This document shows positions 1 to 8,941 of a stretch of DNA of 33,651 nt, one piece after another. The stretch is from Armatimonadota bacterium. Its GTDB lineage: Bacteria; Armatimonadota; UBA5829. A program made the translations under genes and the position numbers. Position 1 is the first letter of the stretch. The number at the start of each line of letters is the position of its first letter. Below the pieces are notes generated by a model. The model did not search any database, was not told the DNA's origin, and worked only from the letters and a program-made list of their open reading frames with translations. The stretch lies in the NCBI GenBank assembly GCA_046719185.1, contig JBDNDK010000002.1, positions 1-33,651 on the forward strand. Direction: 5' to 3'.

Positions 1-1
1 C

Positions 2-1912
2 GATGTCATAAAGACTCCTGATGACCTCAAAAAATTATCATCAGAACAAAGAATAAGTCTTGCTGAAGAAATAAGGGAAAGAATTATTGACACAGTATCA
101 AGGACTGGTGGTCATTTGGCATCTAATTTAGGTGTAATTGAACTTACAATCGCATTACATACTGTATATGAGACACCCAAAGATAAATTTGTTTGGGATG
201 TTGGACATCAATGTTATCCTCATAAACTTCTCACTGGCAGACAGGATAGTTTTTGTTATTTAAGACAATGTGGTGGTGTATCTGGATTTCCAAAAAGAGA
301 TGAGAGTGAACATGATGCTTTTGGAACAGGACACGCCAGCACATCAATATCAGCTGCATTAGGTCTTGCAAAGGCAAGAGATATACTTGGTGGTGATGAG
401 CATATTATTGCTATTATTGGAGACGGTGCATTAACAGGTGGACTTGCTCTTGAAGGACTGAATAATGCCGAATCTTTGAACACTGATATTGTGGTGGTGT
501 TAAATGATAACAATATGTCTATTTCTGAACCAGTTGGAGCTATGGCTTTTCACTTGAGTAAATTAAGAATAGATCCAAGATATCAGACATTAGAAAACAG
601 AGCCAAGGAAATGATGAAAAAAATGCCTGCTGGAAAGACTCTTGCATGGACTGCAGAGGGCATAAGTCATGGTGTTACTAGATTGTTGAGTTCAAAAAAA
701 GCTGTTTTGTTTGAGGAACTTGGTTTTACATATATTGGTCCTATAGATGGTCACAATACTGAATTATTGATTCAAGTATTTGAATCCGTTAAAAAACTAA
801 AAGGACCTATCCTAGTGCATGTTCTCACAAAAAAAGGGAAAGGTTATCAATTTGCTGAGGAAAATGCAAAAGCTTTTCATGGTATATCTGGTTTTGATGT
901 TGAAGATGGAAAAATTGAACCTACAATAGGATATGCTAGCTATACAAAAGCTTTTTCTGAAGCAATAGTTGAGTTTGCAAAAGAAGACGAAAAAATAGTA
1001 ACTATCACAGCAGCAATGCCTGATGGTACTGGATTATCTAAGTTTGCTAAAGAATTTCCTGATAGATTTTTTGATGTTGGTATAGCTGAAGAACATGCAG
1101 TTACTTTTGCTGCAGGTTTAGCAGCTAGAGGATTAAAACCTGTTGTGGCAGTGTATTCTACATTTTTGCAGAGGTCTTACGATCAGATTGTGCATGATGT
1201 GTGTTTACAAGGATTGCCTGTTGTATTTGCTGTAGATAGAGCAGGAATTGTCGGAGAAGATGGACCAACCCATCATGGGGTATTTGATTTGTCATATTTG
1301 AGACATATTCCGGGTATGGTAGTTGCTTGTCCATCTGACACAAATGAGCTTAGAGATATGCTTGCTACTGCACTAAAGCATGATGGTCCTATGGCTATTA
1401 GATACCCAAGAGGAGCAGGTCCTTGTGAATATGAACCTAAGGATATTGAAATATTAAACATTGGCAAGGGTGAGAAAATAAGAGATGGCAAAGATATAAA
1501 TATTATTGCAATTGGTTCTATGGTGTGTCCATCAATGCAGGCGGCTGACATATTAGAGAAATCCAACATAATTGCAAGTGTCTATAATGCGAGGTTTGTA
1601 AGGCCAGTTGATGCACAAATTATAAGAGAATGTTTTTCAACAGGCTCTTGTGTTGTTATAATAGAAGACAATACAATTGTTGGTGGTTTTGGTTCAGCTG
1701 TTATTGAAATGGCAGTTGAGATGAGATGTCCAATTAGCAGAATATTGAGATTGGGCATTCCAGATAATTTTATAGAGCATGACAGAGCAGCTTCTATAAG
1801 AGAGAAGCTTGGTCTTACTTCAGAGAAGATTGCTGATAGTATTAGAGATTTCATTGGAAAAAATAATTTAGATTCAGATTCTAAAATTAAAATAAAAAAA
1901 ATAAAGATCTAA
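2..1912 (+). CDS. dxs: 1-deoxy-D-xylulose-5-phosphate synthase, N-terminus cut by window edge
   Basis: The frame is open from the window edge. DVIKTPDDLKKLSSEQRISLAEEIRERIIDTVSRTGGHLASNLG precedes the TTG listed at 116, so the true start lies upstream of the window. Motifs GHQCYPHKLLTGR, IGDGALTGG (ThDP GDG loop) and DVGIAEEHAV are typical of DXS. Confidence 0.95.
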   Translation, partial: DVIKTPDDLKKLSSEQRISLAEEIRERIIDTVSRTGGHLASNLGVIELTIALHTVYETPKDKFVWDVGHQCYPHKLLTGRQDSFCYLRQCGGVSGFPKRDESEHDAFGTGHASTSISAALGLAKARDILGGDEHIIAIIGDGALTGGLALEGLNNAESLNTDIVVVLNDNNMSISEPVGAMAFHLSKLRIDPRYQTLENRAKEMMKKMPAGKTLAWTAEGISHGVTRLLSSKKAVLFEELGFTYIGPIDGHNTELLIQVFESVKKLKGPILVHVLTKKGKGYQFAEENAKAFHGISGFDVEDGKIEPTIGYASYTKAFSEAIVEFAKEDEKIVTITAAMPDGTGLSKFAKEFPDRFFDVGIAEEHAVTFAAGLAARGLKPVVAVYSTFLQRSYDQIVHDVCLQGLPVVFAVDRAGIVGEDGPTHHGVFDLSYLRHIPGMVVACPSDTNELRDMLATALKHDGPMAIRYPRGAGPCEYEPKDIEILNIGKGEKIRDGKDINIIAIGSMVCPSMQAADILEKSNIIASVYNARFVRPVDAQIIRECFSTGSCVVIIEDNTIVGGFGSAVIEMAVEMRCPISRILRLGIPDNFIEHDRAASIREKLGLTSEKIADSIRDFIGKNNLDSDSKIKIKKIKI

Positions 1913-2023
1913 ACCTCTATAGTTGTTGGCAAATGACCTGTTAAAAAAGAACTTTTTTACCGAATATAAAAAAAGAATAGTTTCTTTTTTGGGGATAGTT
2001 GCCAAATTGGAGGATAATAAAAA

Positions 2024-2587
2024 TTGTTTTCAGTAGGTGTTAATAATATGCGTAAAAAGCCTGAAGGTTGGGCAGTGGATGTTCCAGAAGATGAAAGAGG
2101 AGCCGATATATCATTTCGTCAAAGATTGGCTGACAGCAATAAAATATGGATAGTGGCTTTTTTATCTGTTTTAGTTATATCTATATTATTTATATATTCA
2201 GCAAACATTGAAACAAGTGATAGGGCTGTGGATATACATGCTCCTAAAATTCCACCTGATGAATTTGGTGACAAATCAGCATATGATAATTTTGCAAATG
2301 AGTTTAAGTCGGATAAGAACTACAAAGATGTAATTTTAGAGGCTGGTTTTATAACACCTGGCAAATTTAGATTTGTTGTAAAGGCAGAATCTAATCCTGA
2401 TGAGATAAGAACTTTATCATTTATGGCAGCTAATAAAATACTGAGAAGGTTTAATCATAGAGTTGTAGTTAGTGCCTATATGAGGAGTGCTGTATCATCA
2501 AAAGAATCTCTAATGGCTACAACTTTATGGGAGCCAAGTGATAAGGGTTTTGTTACAAGGGTGGAATCAACAACTGTACCAAAATAA
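2024..2587 (+). CDS. hypothetical single-pass membrane protein (no family recognised)
   Basis: 187-aa ORF. GGAGG at 2009-2013 lies 10 nt before TTG 2024; an alternative ATG is at 2048 (MRKKPEGW). One hydrophobic helix (IWIVAFLSVLVISILFIYSA) is followed by a soluble domain of about 120 aa. Composition matches the neighbouring genes. Confidence 0.6.
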   Translation: MFSVGVNNMRKKPEGWAVDVPEDERGADISFRQRLADSNKIWIVAFLSVLVISILFIYSANIETSDRAVDIHAPKIPPDEFGDKSAYDNFANEFKSDKNYKDVILEAGFITPGKFRFVVKAESNPDEIRTLSFMAANKILRRFNHRVVVSAYMRSAVSSKESLMATTLWEPSDKGFVTRVESTTVPK

Positions 2588-2628
2588 TTTATTCAGCAAA
2601 ACAACAAAAATTTATATTTAATATAATT

Positions 2629-2668
2629 TTAGCTATTTACCAATTGCAGTGGATTGAATAAATAGCTA
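2629..2668. repeat. perfect 11-bp inverted repeat (TTAGCTATTTA N18 TAAATAGCTAA) ending 10 nt before the lepA start
   Basis: Read directly from the sequence. The loop has a further CAAT/ATTG pairing, and no T-run follows the repeat. It could be a weak terminator of the upstream gene or an operator/leader hairpin. Confidence 0.5.
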
Positions 2669-2678
2669 AAATAATATT

Positions 2679-4487
2679 ATGAATTATGCCTCTAGAATAA
2701 GAAACTTTTGCATTATTGCACATATAGATCATGGCAAATCCACACTAGCAGATAGAATTCTGGAGTTTACGGGTGCTGTTGACTCTAATGATATGAAAGA
2801 TCAGCTGCTGGATAGTATGGATTTGGAGAGAGAACGTGGTATCACAATCAAAATGAAAGCAGTGAGATTTGACTACACTGCAAAAGATGGTCTCACCTAT
2901 CATTTAAACCTCATTGATACTCCTGGGCATGTTGATTTTAGCTATGAAGTATCAAGATCTCTTGCAGCTTGTGAAGGTGCTATATTAGTAGTTGATGCAT
3001 GTCAGGGCGTAGAGGCTCAGACAGTAGCTAATACTAACCTAGCTATGGCTCACAATCTTGAAATAATTCCCGTCATAAACAAAATTGATATGGAAAGAGC
3101 TGATCCTGATAGAGTAAGGGAAGAAATTGAAAATGTGCTAGCTGTTGATTCTTCTGAAGCTATAAATGCCAGTGCAAAGACTGGTGTGGGAACTGAAGAA
3201 ATCTTAGAAGCTATTATAAAAAAAATACCTCATCCAAGCGGAGATGTAAATGCTCCATTAAGAGCACTCATATTTGATTCTCATTTTGATCAGTATCTTG
3301 GAGTTGTGGCATACATAAGAGTTGTTGATGGTGAGATAGCTGATGGCGATACGATTAAAATGATGTCTAGTGGAAAAGAGTTTGAAGTTGCCAGTGTTGG
3401 TGTTTTTAAGCCAAATGCCGTTAAGACAGATAAACTTTCTGCTGGTGAAGTTGGATATATTACAGCTGGAATAAAGAATGTTGGAGACACAAGAGTTGGA
3501 GATACAATCACAAATAGTGATAATCCAGCTGCTGCACCATTACCGGGGTATAAAGAAGTGCTGCCAATGGTGTTTTGTGGCTTATATCCCACAGATTCTC
3601 AGCAATTTACTGCTCTAAGAGATGCACTATCTAAACTACAACTGAATGATGCTGCGTTAAATTTTGAGCCTGAAAGTTCTGCTGCATTAGGTTTTGGTTT
3701 TAGATGTGGTTTTCTAGGACTTTTGCATATGGAAATTGTTCAGGAAAGACTTGAGAGAGAATTTGATTTGAATATCATAGCCACAGCACCGAGTGTTGTT
3801 TATAGGGTAACGAAAACAGATGGCACTCAGATTGAAGTTGATAATCCCAATGATTTGCCTGAATCAACAGAGATAGATAAGGTTGAAGAACCATTTGTTA
3901 ATGCTACTATAATGGTACCAAAGGAATATGTGGGTGTTGTGATTGACCTTTGCCAAGAAAGAAGAGGCATTTACTCTGCAATGGATTACCCATCACCTGA
4001 TAGAGTGATTATTCACTTTGAGATTCCTCTTGCAGAGATTATTATGGATTTCTTTGATTCATTAAAGAGCAGAACTAGAGGCTATGCATCATTTGATTAC
4101 GAAATATCAGAATATAGACCATCAACACTTAGCAAACTTAGAATTCTTCTAAATGGTGATCCTGTGGATGCTTTATCATTTATCACTCACAGAGATAGAG
4201 CATATTCAAGAGCGAAAGTTTTGGTAGAAAAGTTAAAAGAAGTGATTCCAAGACAGCAATTTGAGGTTAGGGTGCAAGCTGCACTTGGTCAAAAGATAAT
4301 TGCTGCTGCCACTGTAAGACCATTCAGAAAGAATGTTACAGCTAAGTGTTATGGTGGTGACATCACCAGAAAGAGAAAGCTTCTTGAAAAGCAAAAAGAA
4401 GGCAAGAAGAGGATGAAGAACATTGGAAGTGTGGAAGTTCCTCAGGAAGCCTTTATGAGTGTATTAAAAATAGGTGATGATCTTTAG
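2679..4487 (+). CDS. lepA: translation elongation factor 4 (LepA)
   Basis: GTPase motifs [21 protein letters not shown] and NKIDM are present. The protein is full length (602 aa) and has the LepA-specific C-terminal region ([23 protein letters not shown]). Confidence 0.97.
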   Translation: MNYASRIRNFCIIAHIDHGKSTLADRILEFTGAVDSNDMKDQLLDSMDLERERGITIKMKAVRFDYTAKDGLTYHLNLIDTPGHVDFSYEVSRSLAACEGAILVVDACQGVEAQTVANTNLAMAHNLEIIPVINKIDMERADPDRVREEIENVLAVDSSEAINASAKTGVGTEEILEAIIKKIPHPSGDVNAPLRALIFDSHFDQYLGVVAYIRVVDGEIADGDTIKMMSSGKEFEVASVGVFKPNAVKTDKLSAGEVGYITAGIKNVGDTRVGDTITNSDNPAAAPLPGYKEVLPMVFCGLYPTDSQQFTALRDALSKLQLNDAALNFEPESSAALGFGFRCGFLGLLHMEIVQERLEREFDLNIIATAPSVVYRVTKTDGTQIEVDNPNDLPESTEIDKVEEPFVNATIMVPKEYVGVVIDLCQERRGIYSAMDYPSPDRVIIHFEIPLAEIIMDFFDSLKSRTRGYASFDYEISEYRPSTLSKLRILLNGDPVDALSFITHRDRAYSRAKVLVEKLKEVIPRQQFEVRVQAALGQKIIAAATVRPFRKNVTAKCYGGDITRKRKLLEKQKEGKKRMKNIGSVEVPQEAFMSVLKIGDDL

Positions 4488-4498
4488 GTAAAATTTCA

Positions 4499-5353
4499 AT
4501 GAATCAAAAAAGACCTGAATGGATAAAAGCAAAAGCTCCTTCTGGTGTTAATTATGAAGAAGTTAAAAAACTTGTGGATTCTGAAGGACTTCATACAGTA
4601 TGCCAGAGTGCAGATTGCCCTAATATTGGTGAATGTTGGCACAACAGAACTGCAACCTTTATGATACTTGGTGATATTTGCACTAGAAACTGCAGATTTT
4701 GTGCTGTTAAAAGTGGCACTCCAAATGAATTAGATATAAATGAACCTCAAAGAGTAGCTGATGCTGTTTCATATCTTAATCTTGAATATGCAGTATTAAC
4801 TAGTGTTACCAGAGATGATTTATCTGATGGTGGAGCAAGCATATTTGCAGAATGTATTGAAAAAATCCACAATCAGAACCCTTGCTGCAATGTTGAAGTA
4901 TTAATTCCAGATTTGCAGGGTAATTGGAATGCTCTTCATAAGATACTCAAAGCAAAACCTGAAGTATTGAATCATAATATAGAAACTGTAAGAAGATGTT
5001 ATCCTAAAATTAGACCTCAAGCAGACTATGATAGATCACTTCAGCTTTTAGTGGAAGCAAAAAAATATAATCTAAACCAAAAGACTAAGAGTGGGATTAT
5101 GATTGGAGTAGGGGAGGAGTGGGATGAAATAATAACCACTATTCAAGATCTCAGGAATACTGGGTGTGACATATTAACTATAGGACAATACCTCTCACCA
5201 TCACCTTCACATGCCCCAGTGATAAAATTTTACACACCAGATGAGTTTGAAATACTAAAAAATGTTGGATATAACATCGGATTTGGGTATGTAGAATCTG
5301 GACCTCTTGTAAGAAGTTCGTATCATGCTGGAAATCATCAAAAAAACCAATAA
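4499..5353 (+). CDS. lipA: lipoyl synthase
   Basis: The radical-SAM cluster motif CTRNCRFC and the auxiliary N-terminal cluster CQSADCPNIGEC are present. The gene starts 11 bp after lepA. Confidence 0.95.
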   Translation: MNQKRPEWIKAKAPSGVNYEEVKKLVDSEGLHTVCQSADCPNIGECWHNRTATFMILGDICTRNCRFCAVKSGTPNELDINEPQRVADAVSYLNLEYAVLTSVTRDDLSDGGASIFAECIEKIHNQNPCCNVEVLIPDLQGNWNALHKILKAKPEVLNHNIETVRRCYPKIRPQADYDRSLQLLVEAKKYNLNQKTKSGIMIGVGEEWDEIITTIQDLRNTGCDILTIGQYLSPSPSHAPVIKFYTPDEFEILKNVGYNIGFGYVESGPLVRSSYHAGNHQKNQ

Positions 5354-5476
5354 GAAGATTTCTTGATTATACCAACAATTAAAATATCCATTTTATAACT
5401 TTCTTGAGGTTCAAAGCTTTGTGTAATATAGTAATATTTTACAAATGCTATTATCAACCACTCTTTTGGAGGTGTA

Positions 5477-6436
5477 GTGTTGCTAACAGACAAAGAAAAA
5501 ATTGACATCTACCGAGAAATGGTAGTGATGAGAAAATTTGAGGAAAAAGCTCAGGAAATGTATGAAGCTAGAAAAATAGGCGGCTTCCTGCATTTATACA
5601 TTGGGCAAGAGGCTGTAGCTAGCGGAACTATGTGGGCACTAAGACCAGATGATTATGTGATTGGTGCATATAGAGAACATGGTCAGGCTTTAGCAAGATG
5701 CACTGAGCCTAGAAGATTGATGGCTGAGCTTTTTGGAAAGAAAGATGGAATGTCTGGCGGGAAAGGCGGATCAATGCACTTATTTGATAAAACAAGAGGT
5801 TTTCTTGGAGGCACTGCAATCGTTGGTGGTGGTCTTCCTCTTGCATGTGGTGTAGGATTTGCAATAAGATACTGGGATGGAGACCAAGTCTGTCTTTGTT
5901 TCTTTGGTGATGGTGCAATAAATGAAGGTGCATTCCATGAATCTTTGCATATGGCAGCACTTTGGGAGCTTCCAGTTATATTTATTTGTGAGAATAATCA
6001 ATATGGTATGGGTACATCAGTTGAAAGACACTCTATAGTTCCTAATTTGTATCAGAGAGCACAATGTTATTCAATGGATGTGGAGAGTGTAGATGGCATG
6101 GATTTGCTTGCTGTATATGAATTATCAGAAAAAGCTATAGAAAAAACTAGAAAAACCAAACAGCCAATGTTTATAGAAGCTGTTACATATAGATTCAGAG
6201 GTCATTCAGTTGCTGATCCTCAAAAATATAGAACAAAAGAAGAAGTAGAGGAATACAAAAAAAGAGATCCTATAATAAAATTTGCAGAGCATTTGAAAGA
6301 GAATAAACTCATTGATGATGATGGTCTTGAAAAAATAAATAAAGATGTAGATAAAGAAATAGCAGAAGCAGTTGAATTTGCAGAGCTATCTCCAGACCTT
6401 ACTTCTGAAGATTTATATACTGATGTGTATATATAG
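5477..6436 (+). CDS. pdhA: pyruvate (2-oxoacid) dehydrogenase E1 component, alpha subunit
   Basis: ThDP motif FFGDGAINEGAFHES and the YRFRGHSVADP loop are present. GGAGG lies 7 nt upstream of TTG 5477. Confidence 0.9.
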   Translation: MLLTDKEKIDIYREMVVMRKFEEKAQEMYEARKIGGFLHLYIGQEAVASGTMWALRPDDYVIGAYREHGQALARCTEPRRLMAELFGKKDGMSGGKGGSMHLFDKTRGFLGGTAIVGGGLPLACGVGFAIRYWDGDQVCLCFFGDGAINEGAFHESLHMAALWELPVIFICENNQYGMGTSVERHSIVPNLYQRAQCYSMDVESVDGMDLLAVYELSEKAIEKTRKTKQPMFIEAVTYRFRGHSVADPQKYRTKEEVEEYKKRDPIIKFAEHLKENKLIDDDGLEKINKDVDKEIAEAVEFAELSPDLTSEDLYTDVYI

Positions 6437-6447
6437 GGGGATATAAA

Positions 6448-7422
6448 ATGGCTGTAATGATGTTTAGACAAGCTCTCAATCTTGCTCTTAAAGAAGAGAT
6501 GAGAAGAGATGAAAAGATATTTATAATAGGTGAAGAAGTAGCAGAATATCAGGGTGCATATAGAGTTACAGAAGGTCTTCTTGCTGAATTTGGAGATAAA
6601 AGAGTCAAAGATACACCTATTGCTGAGGAAGTGATTGCTGGTATTGGAATTGGTGCTGCTATGGTAGGGCTAAGACCAGTAGTTGAAATGATGACAATTA
6701 ATTTTTCACTTCTTGCAATAGATCAGATAGTTAACCATGCAGCAAAGATGCTTTATATGTCTGGAGGTCAGTTTAATATCCCTCTTACAATAAGATGTCC
6801 TGAAGGCTCTGGAATGCAGTTAGGCTCTCAGCACTCGCAGCATTTAGAGGCTTGGTTTGCTCATATTCCCGGATTAAAAGTTGTTGCACCTAGCACTCCT
6901 TATGATGCAAAGGGTCTATTAAAAAGCTCTATTAGGGATGATAACCCTGTGATATTCATAGAAAACCAAATGCTTTATCTCACAAAAGCTGAGGTCCCTG
7001 AAGATGATTATACTGTTCCTATTGGCAAAGCTGATGTCAAAAGAGAAGGTAAGGATATTACAATAATTGGATATATGAGAACAGTCCCTATGGCTATGAA
7101 AGTGGCTGATAGGTTAAGTGATGAGGGAATAGAGGCTGAAATTGTTGATTTAATGAGCTTGAGACCTCTAGATGAGGAAACAATAGTAAACTCTGTCAAG
7201 AAAACAGGAAGAGTGATGATGGCTGAAGAAGATTGGCCTCAGTATGGAGTAGGTGCCCAAGTTGTAGATGTGATTCAAAAGAATGCTTTTGATTATCTTG
7301 ATGCACCAATTCTGAGAGTTACACAGGCAGATGTGCCATTGCCTTATGCTAGAGAACTAGAGCTTTCTGCTTTACCAACTCCAGAAAAAATTTACAATTG
7401 TGCAATGGAAGTATTAGCATAG
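6448..7422 (+). CDS. pdhB: pyruvate (2-oxoacid) dehydrogenase E1 component, beta subunit
   Basis: E1-beta signature stretches EEVAEYQGAYRVTEGL and KDTPIAEE are present. The gene starts 11 bp after pdhA, with a GGGGGA SD. Confidence 0.9.
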   Translation: MAVMMFRQALNLALKEEMRRDEKIFIIGEEVAEYQGAYRVTEGLLAEFGDKRVKDTPIAEEVIAGIGIGAAMVGLRPVVEMMTINFSLLAIDQIVNHAAKMLYMSGGQFNIPLTIRCPEGSGMQLGSQHSQHLEAWFAHIPGLKVVAPSTPYDAKGLLKSSIRDDNPVIFIENQMLYLTKAEVPEDDYTVPIGKADVKREGKDITIIGYMRTVPMAMKVADRLSDEGIEAEIVDLMSLRPLDEETIVNSVKKTGRVMMAEEDWPQYGVGAQVVDVIQKNAFDYLDAPILRVTQADVPLPYARELELSALPTPEKIYNCAMEVLA

Positions 7423-7485
7423 ATGAAAATGTTATAATATTAGGCAAATAGAAGGAAATTTGTTTGTTGTTGATTAACTATAGCT

Positions 7486-7531
7486 TGAGGCTGTCTTATA
7501 TGAAACTTTTAAAGACAGCCTCATAGTTTTT
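7486..7531 (+). terminator. intrinsic terminator after pdhB
   Basis: A 12-bp perfect stem (TGAGGCTGTCTT / AAGACAGCCTCA) encloses a 14-nt loop and is followed by TAGTTTTT. Confidence 0.8.
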
Positions 7532-7577
7532 AATTGGTAATTAAAAATAAAATTAGGTTAGGCAATACTAGAAAAGA

Positions 7578-8900
7578 ATGAAATATACAGAGGCAGTTGA
7601 ATATCTAAATAGTCTTTTAGTGTTTGGAATTAAACCGGGGCTTGAGAGAATCACGGAGCTTGCAAAGAGATTTGGCAATCCACAAAATAAATACAAAATT
7701 ATTCATGTTGGAGGCACAAATGGAAAAGGCTCTACTTCTACTTTTATTGCTTCTATTCTTAATCATGCAGGTTATAGAACAGGATTATATACATCACCCT
7801 ATGTTTATAATCTAAGAGAGAGAATACAGGTTGATTTCAAATTGATACCTGAAGATGACTTTGCTGAGATAATGACTGAGGTGAAAAAAGTTTCAGATGA
7901 TATATCAAAAAACACAAATCTTGGGAATGTTACAGAGTTTGAAGCCAAAACCATAGCAGCTTTTATATATTATGAGAAAATGAATGTTGATTTTGCTGTG
8001 TTGGAAGTTGGGATGGGAGGCAGATTTGATGCTACAAACATAGTAACTCCATTGGTATCTGTCATCACAAATATCAGCCTAGATCATACAGAGAGACTTG
8101 GAAACACAATATCTCAGATTGCCTTTGAAAAGGCTGGAATTATAAAAAATGGAAGCATACTTGTTACGAGTGTGGATAGACAAGATGCATGGAAAGTAAT
8201 CTGCAAAAAAGCTAGAGAAGAAGGAGCAGAGGCATGGAGAGTGGCTGAGGTTGGAGATTCTTCAGCATTTAATCCTCCATCACCAGATATATTGTGGCAA
8301 TATGAATGTGCAAATGGTGAGATATCGGTATTAGGACCTAATACAGTAATAGATGGATTAAAGCCAAAGCTTTATGGAAAGTTCCAGCAGGTAAATTCTG
8401 CTACTGCAGTAACTGCAGTCAAAGCTTTAGAAAAGTATGAAGTAAAACTTCCCAGAGAGGCAATTTTTAATGGTATATCTAATGCCTACATACCCGGCAG
8501 AATGGAAATAGTGCTAAGTGAGCCATTATTAGTAATAGATGGTGCACATAATCCTGATTCTGCCGAAAAGCTGATAACATCTATAAAACAAAGTTTTAAG
8601 TATAAAAGGCTAATAACAGTAGTAGGAATGTTAAATAACCATTCTGTCCAGGGAGTTATAAAGCCAATAGCTGAAAGTTCTGATATAATAATTGCTACTC
8701 AGCCAAAATGGCATAAGGCAAGAAAAGCAGAGGAATTGGCAGAAGAAGCAAGGAAATATAAAAATTCAGTGGAAACAATTATAGATGTAAATAAAGCAGT
8801 AAAATTTGCTTTAAGTAAAGCTGATATAGATGATATGATTCTAATAACAGGGTCTTTTTACACAATTGGAGAAATAGATCCTCTATCATATAACATATAA
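7578..8900 (+). CDS. folC: bifunctional folylpolyglutamate synthase / dihydrofolate synthase
   Basis: The Mur-ligase P-loop HVGGTNGKGST is present, along with DATN, ISLDHTERLG and DGAHNPDSAE motifs. Length is 440 aa. Confidence 0.9.
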   Translation: MKYTEAVEYLNSLLVFGIKPGLERITELAKRFGNPQNKYKIIHVGGTNGKGSTSTFIASILNHAGYRTGLYTSPYVYNLRERIQVDFKLIPEDDFAEIMTEVKKVSDDISKNTNLGNVTEFEAKTIAAFIYYEKMNVDFAVLEVGMGGRFDATNIVTPLVSVITNISLDHTERLGNTISQIAFEKAGIIKNGSILVTSVDRQDAWKVICKKAREEGAEAWRVAEVGDSSAFNPPSPDILWQYECANGEISVLGPNTVIDGLKPKLYGKFQQVNSATAVTAVKALEKYEVKLPREAIFNGISNAYIPGRMEIVLSEPLLVIDGAHNPDSAEKLITSIKQSFKYKRLITVVGMLNNHSVQGVIKPIAESSDIIIATQPKWHKARKAEELAEEARKYKNSVETIIDVNKAVKFALSKADIDDMILITGSFYTIGEIDPLSYNI

Positions 8901-8941
8901 ACTAAAAATTCATTAGAGAAAATTGAAAGGTGTTTTAATAT

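Noticed and set aside
1925-2004. A/T-only hairpins after dxs (AAAAAG-aa-CTTTTT and AAAAAGAA-tagt-TTCTTTTT) and a flanking TTGGCAA/TTGCCAA pairing, considered as a dxs terminator.
   Set aside because: The stems are almost pure A-U and thermodynamically marginal. Termination is plausible in such an AT-rich genome, but the evidence is not strong enough to list as a feature.
5425-5455. A Rex-like inverted repeat TTTGTGTAA...TTTACAAA upstream of pdhA.
   Set aside because: The half-sites are about 12 nt apart instead of 4-6, and they deviate from TTGTGAA/TTCACAA. This is most likely an AT-rich chance match.
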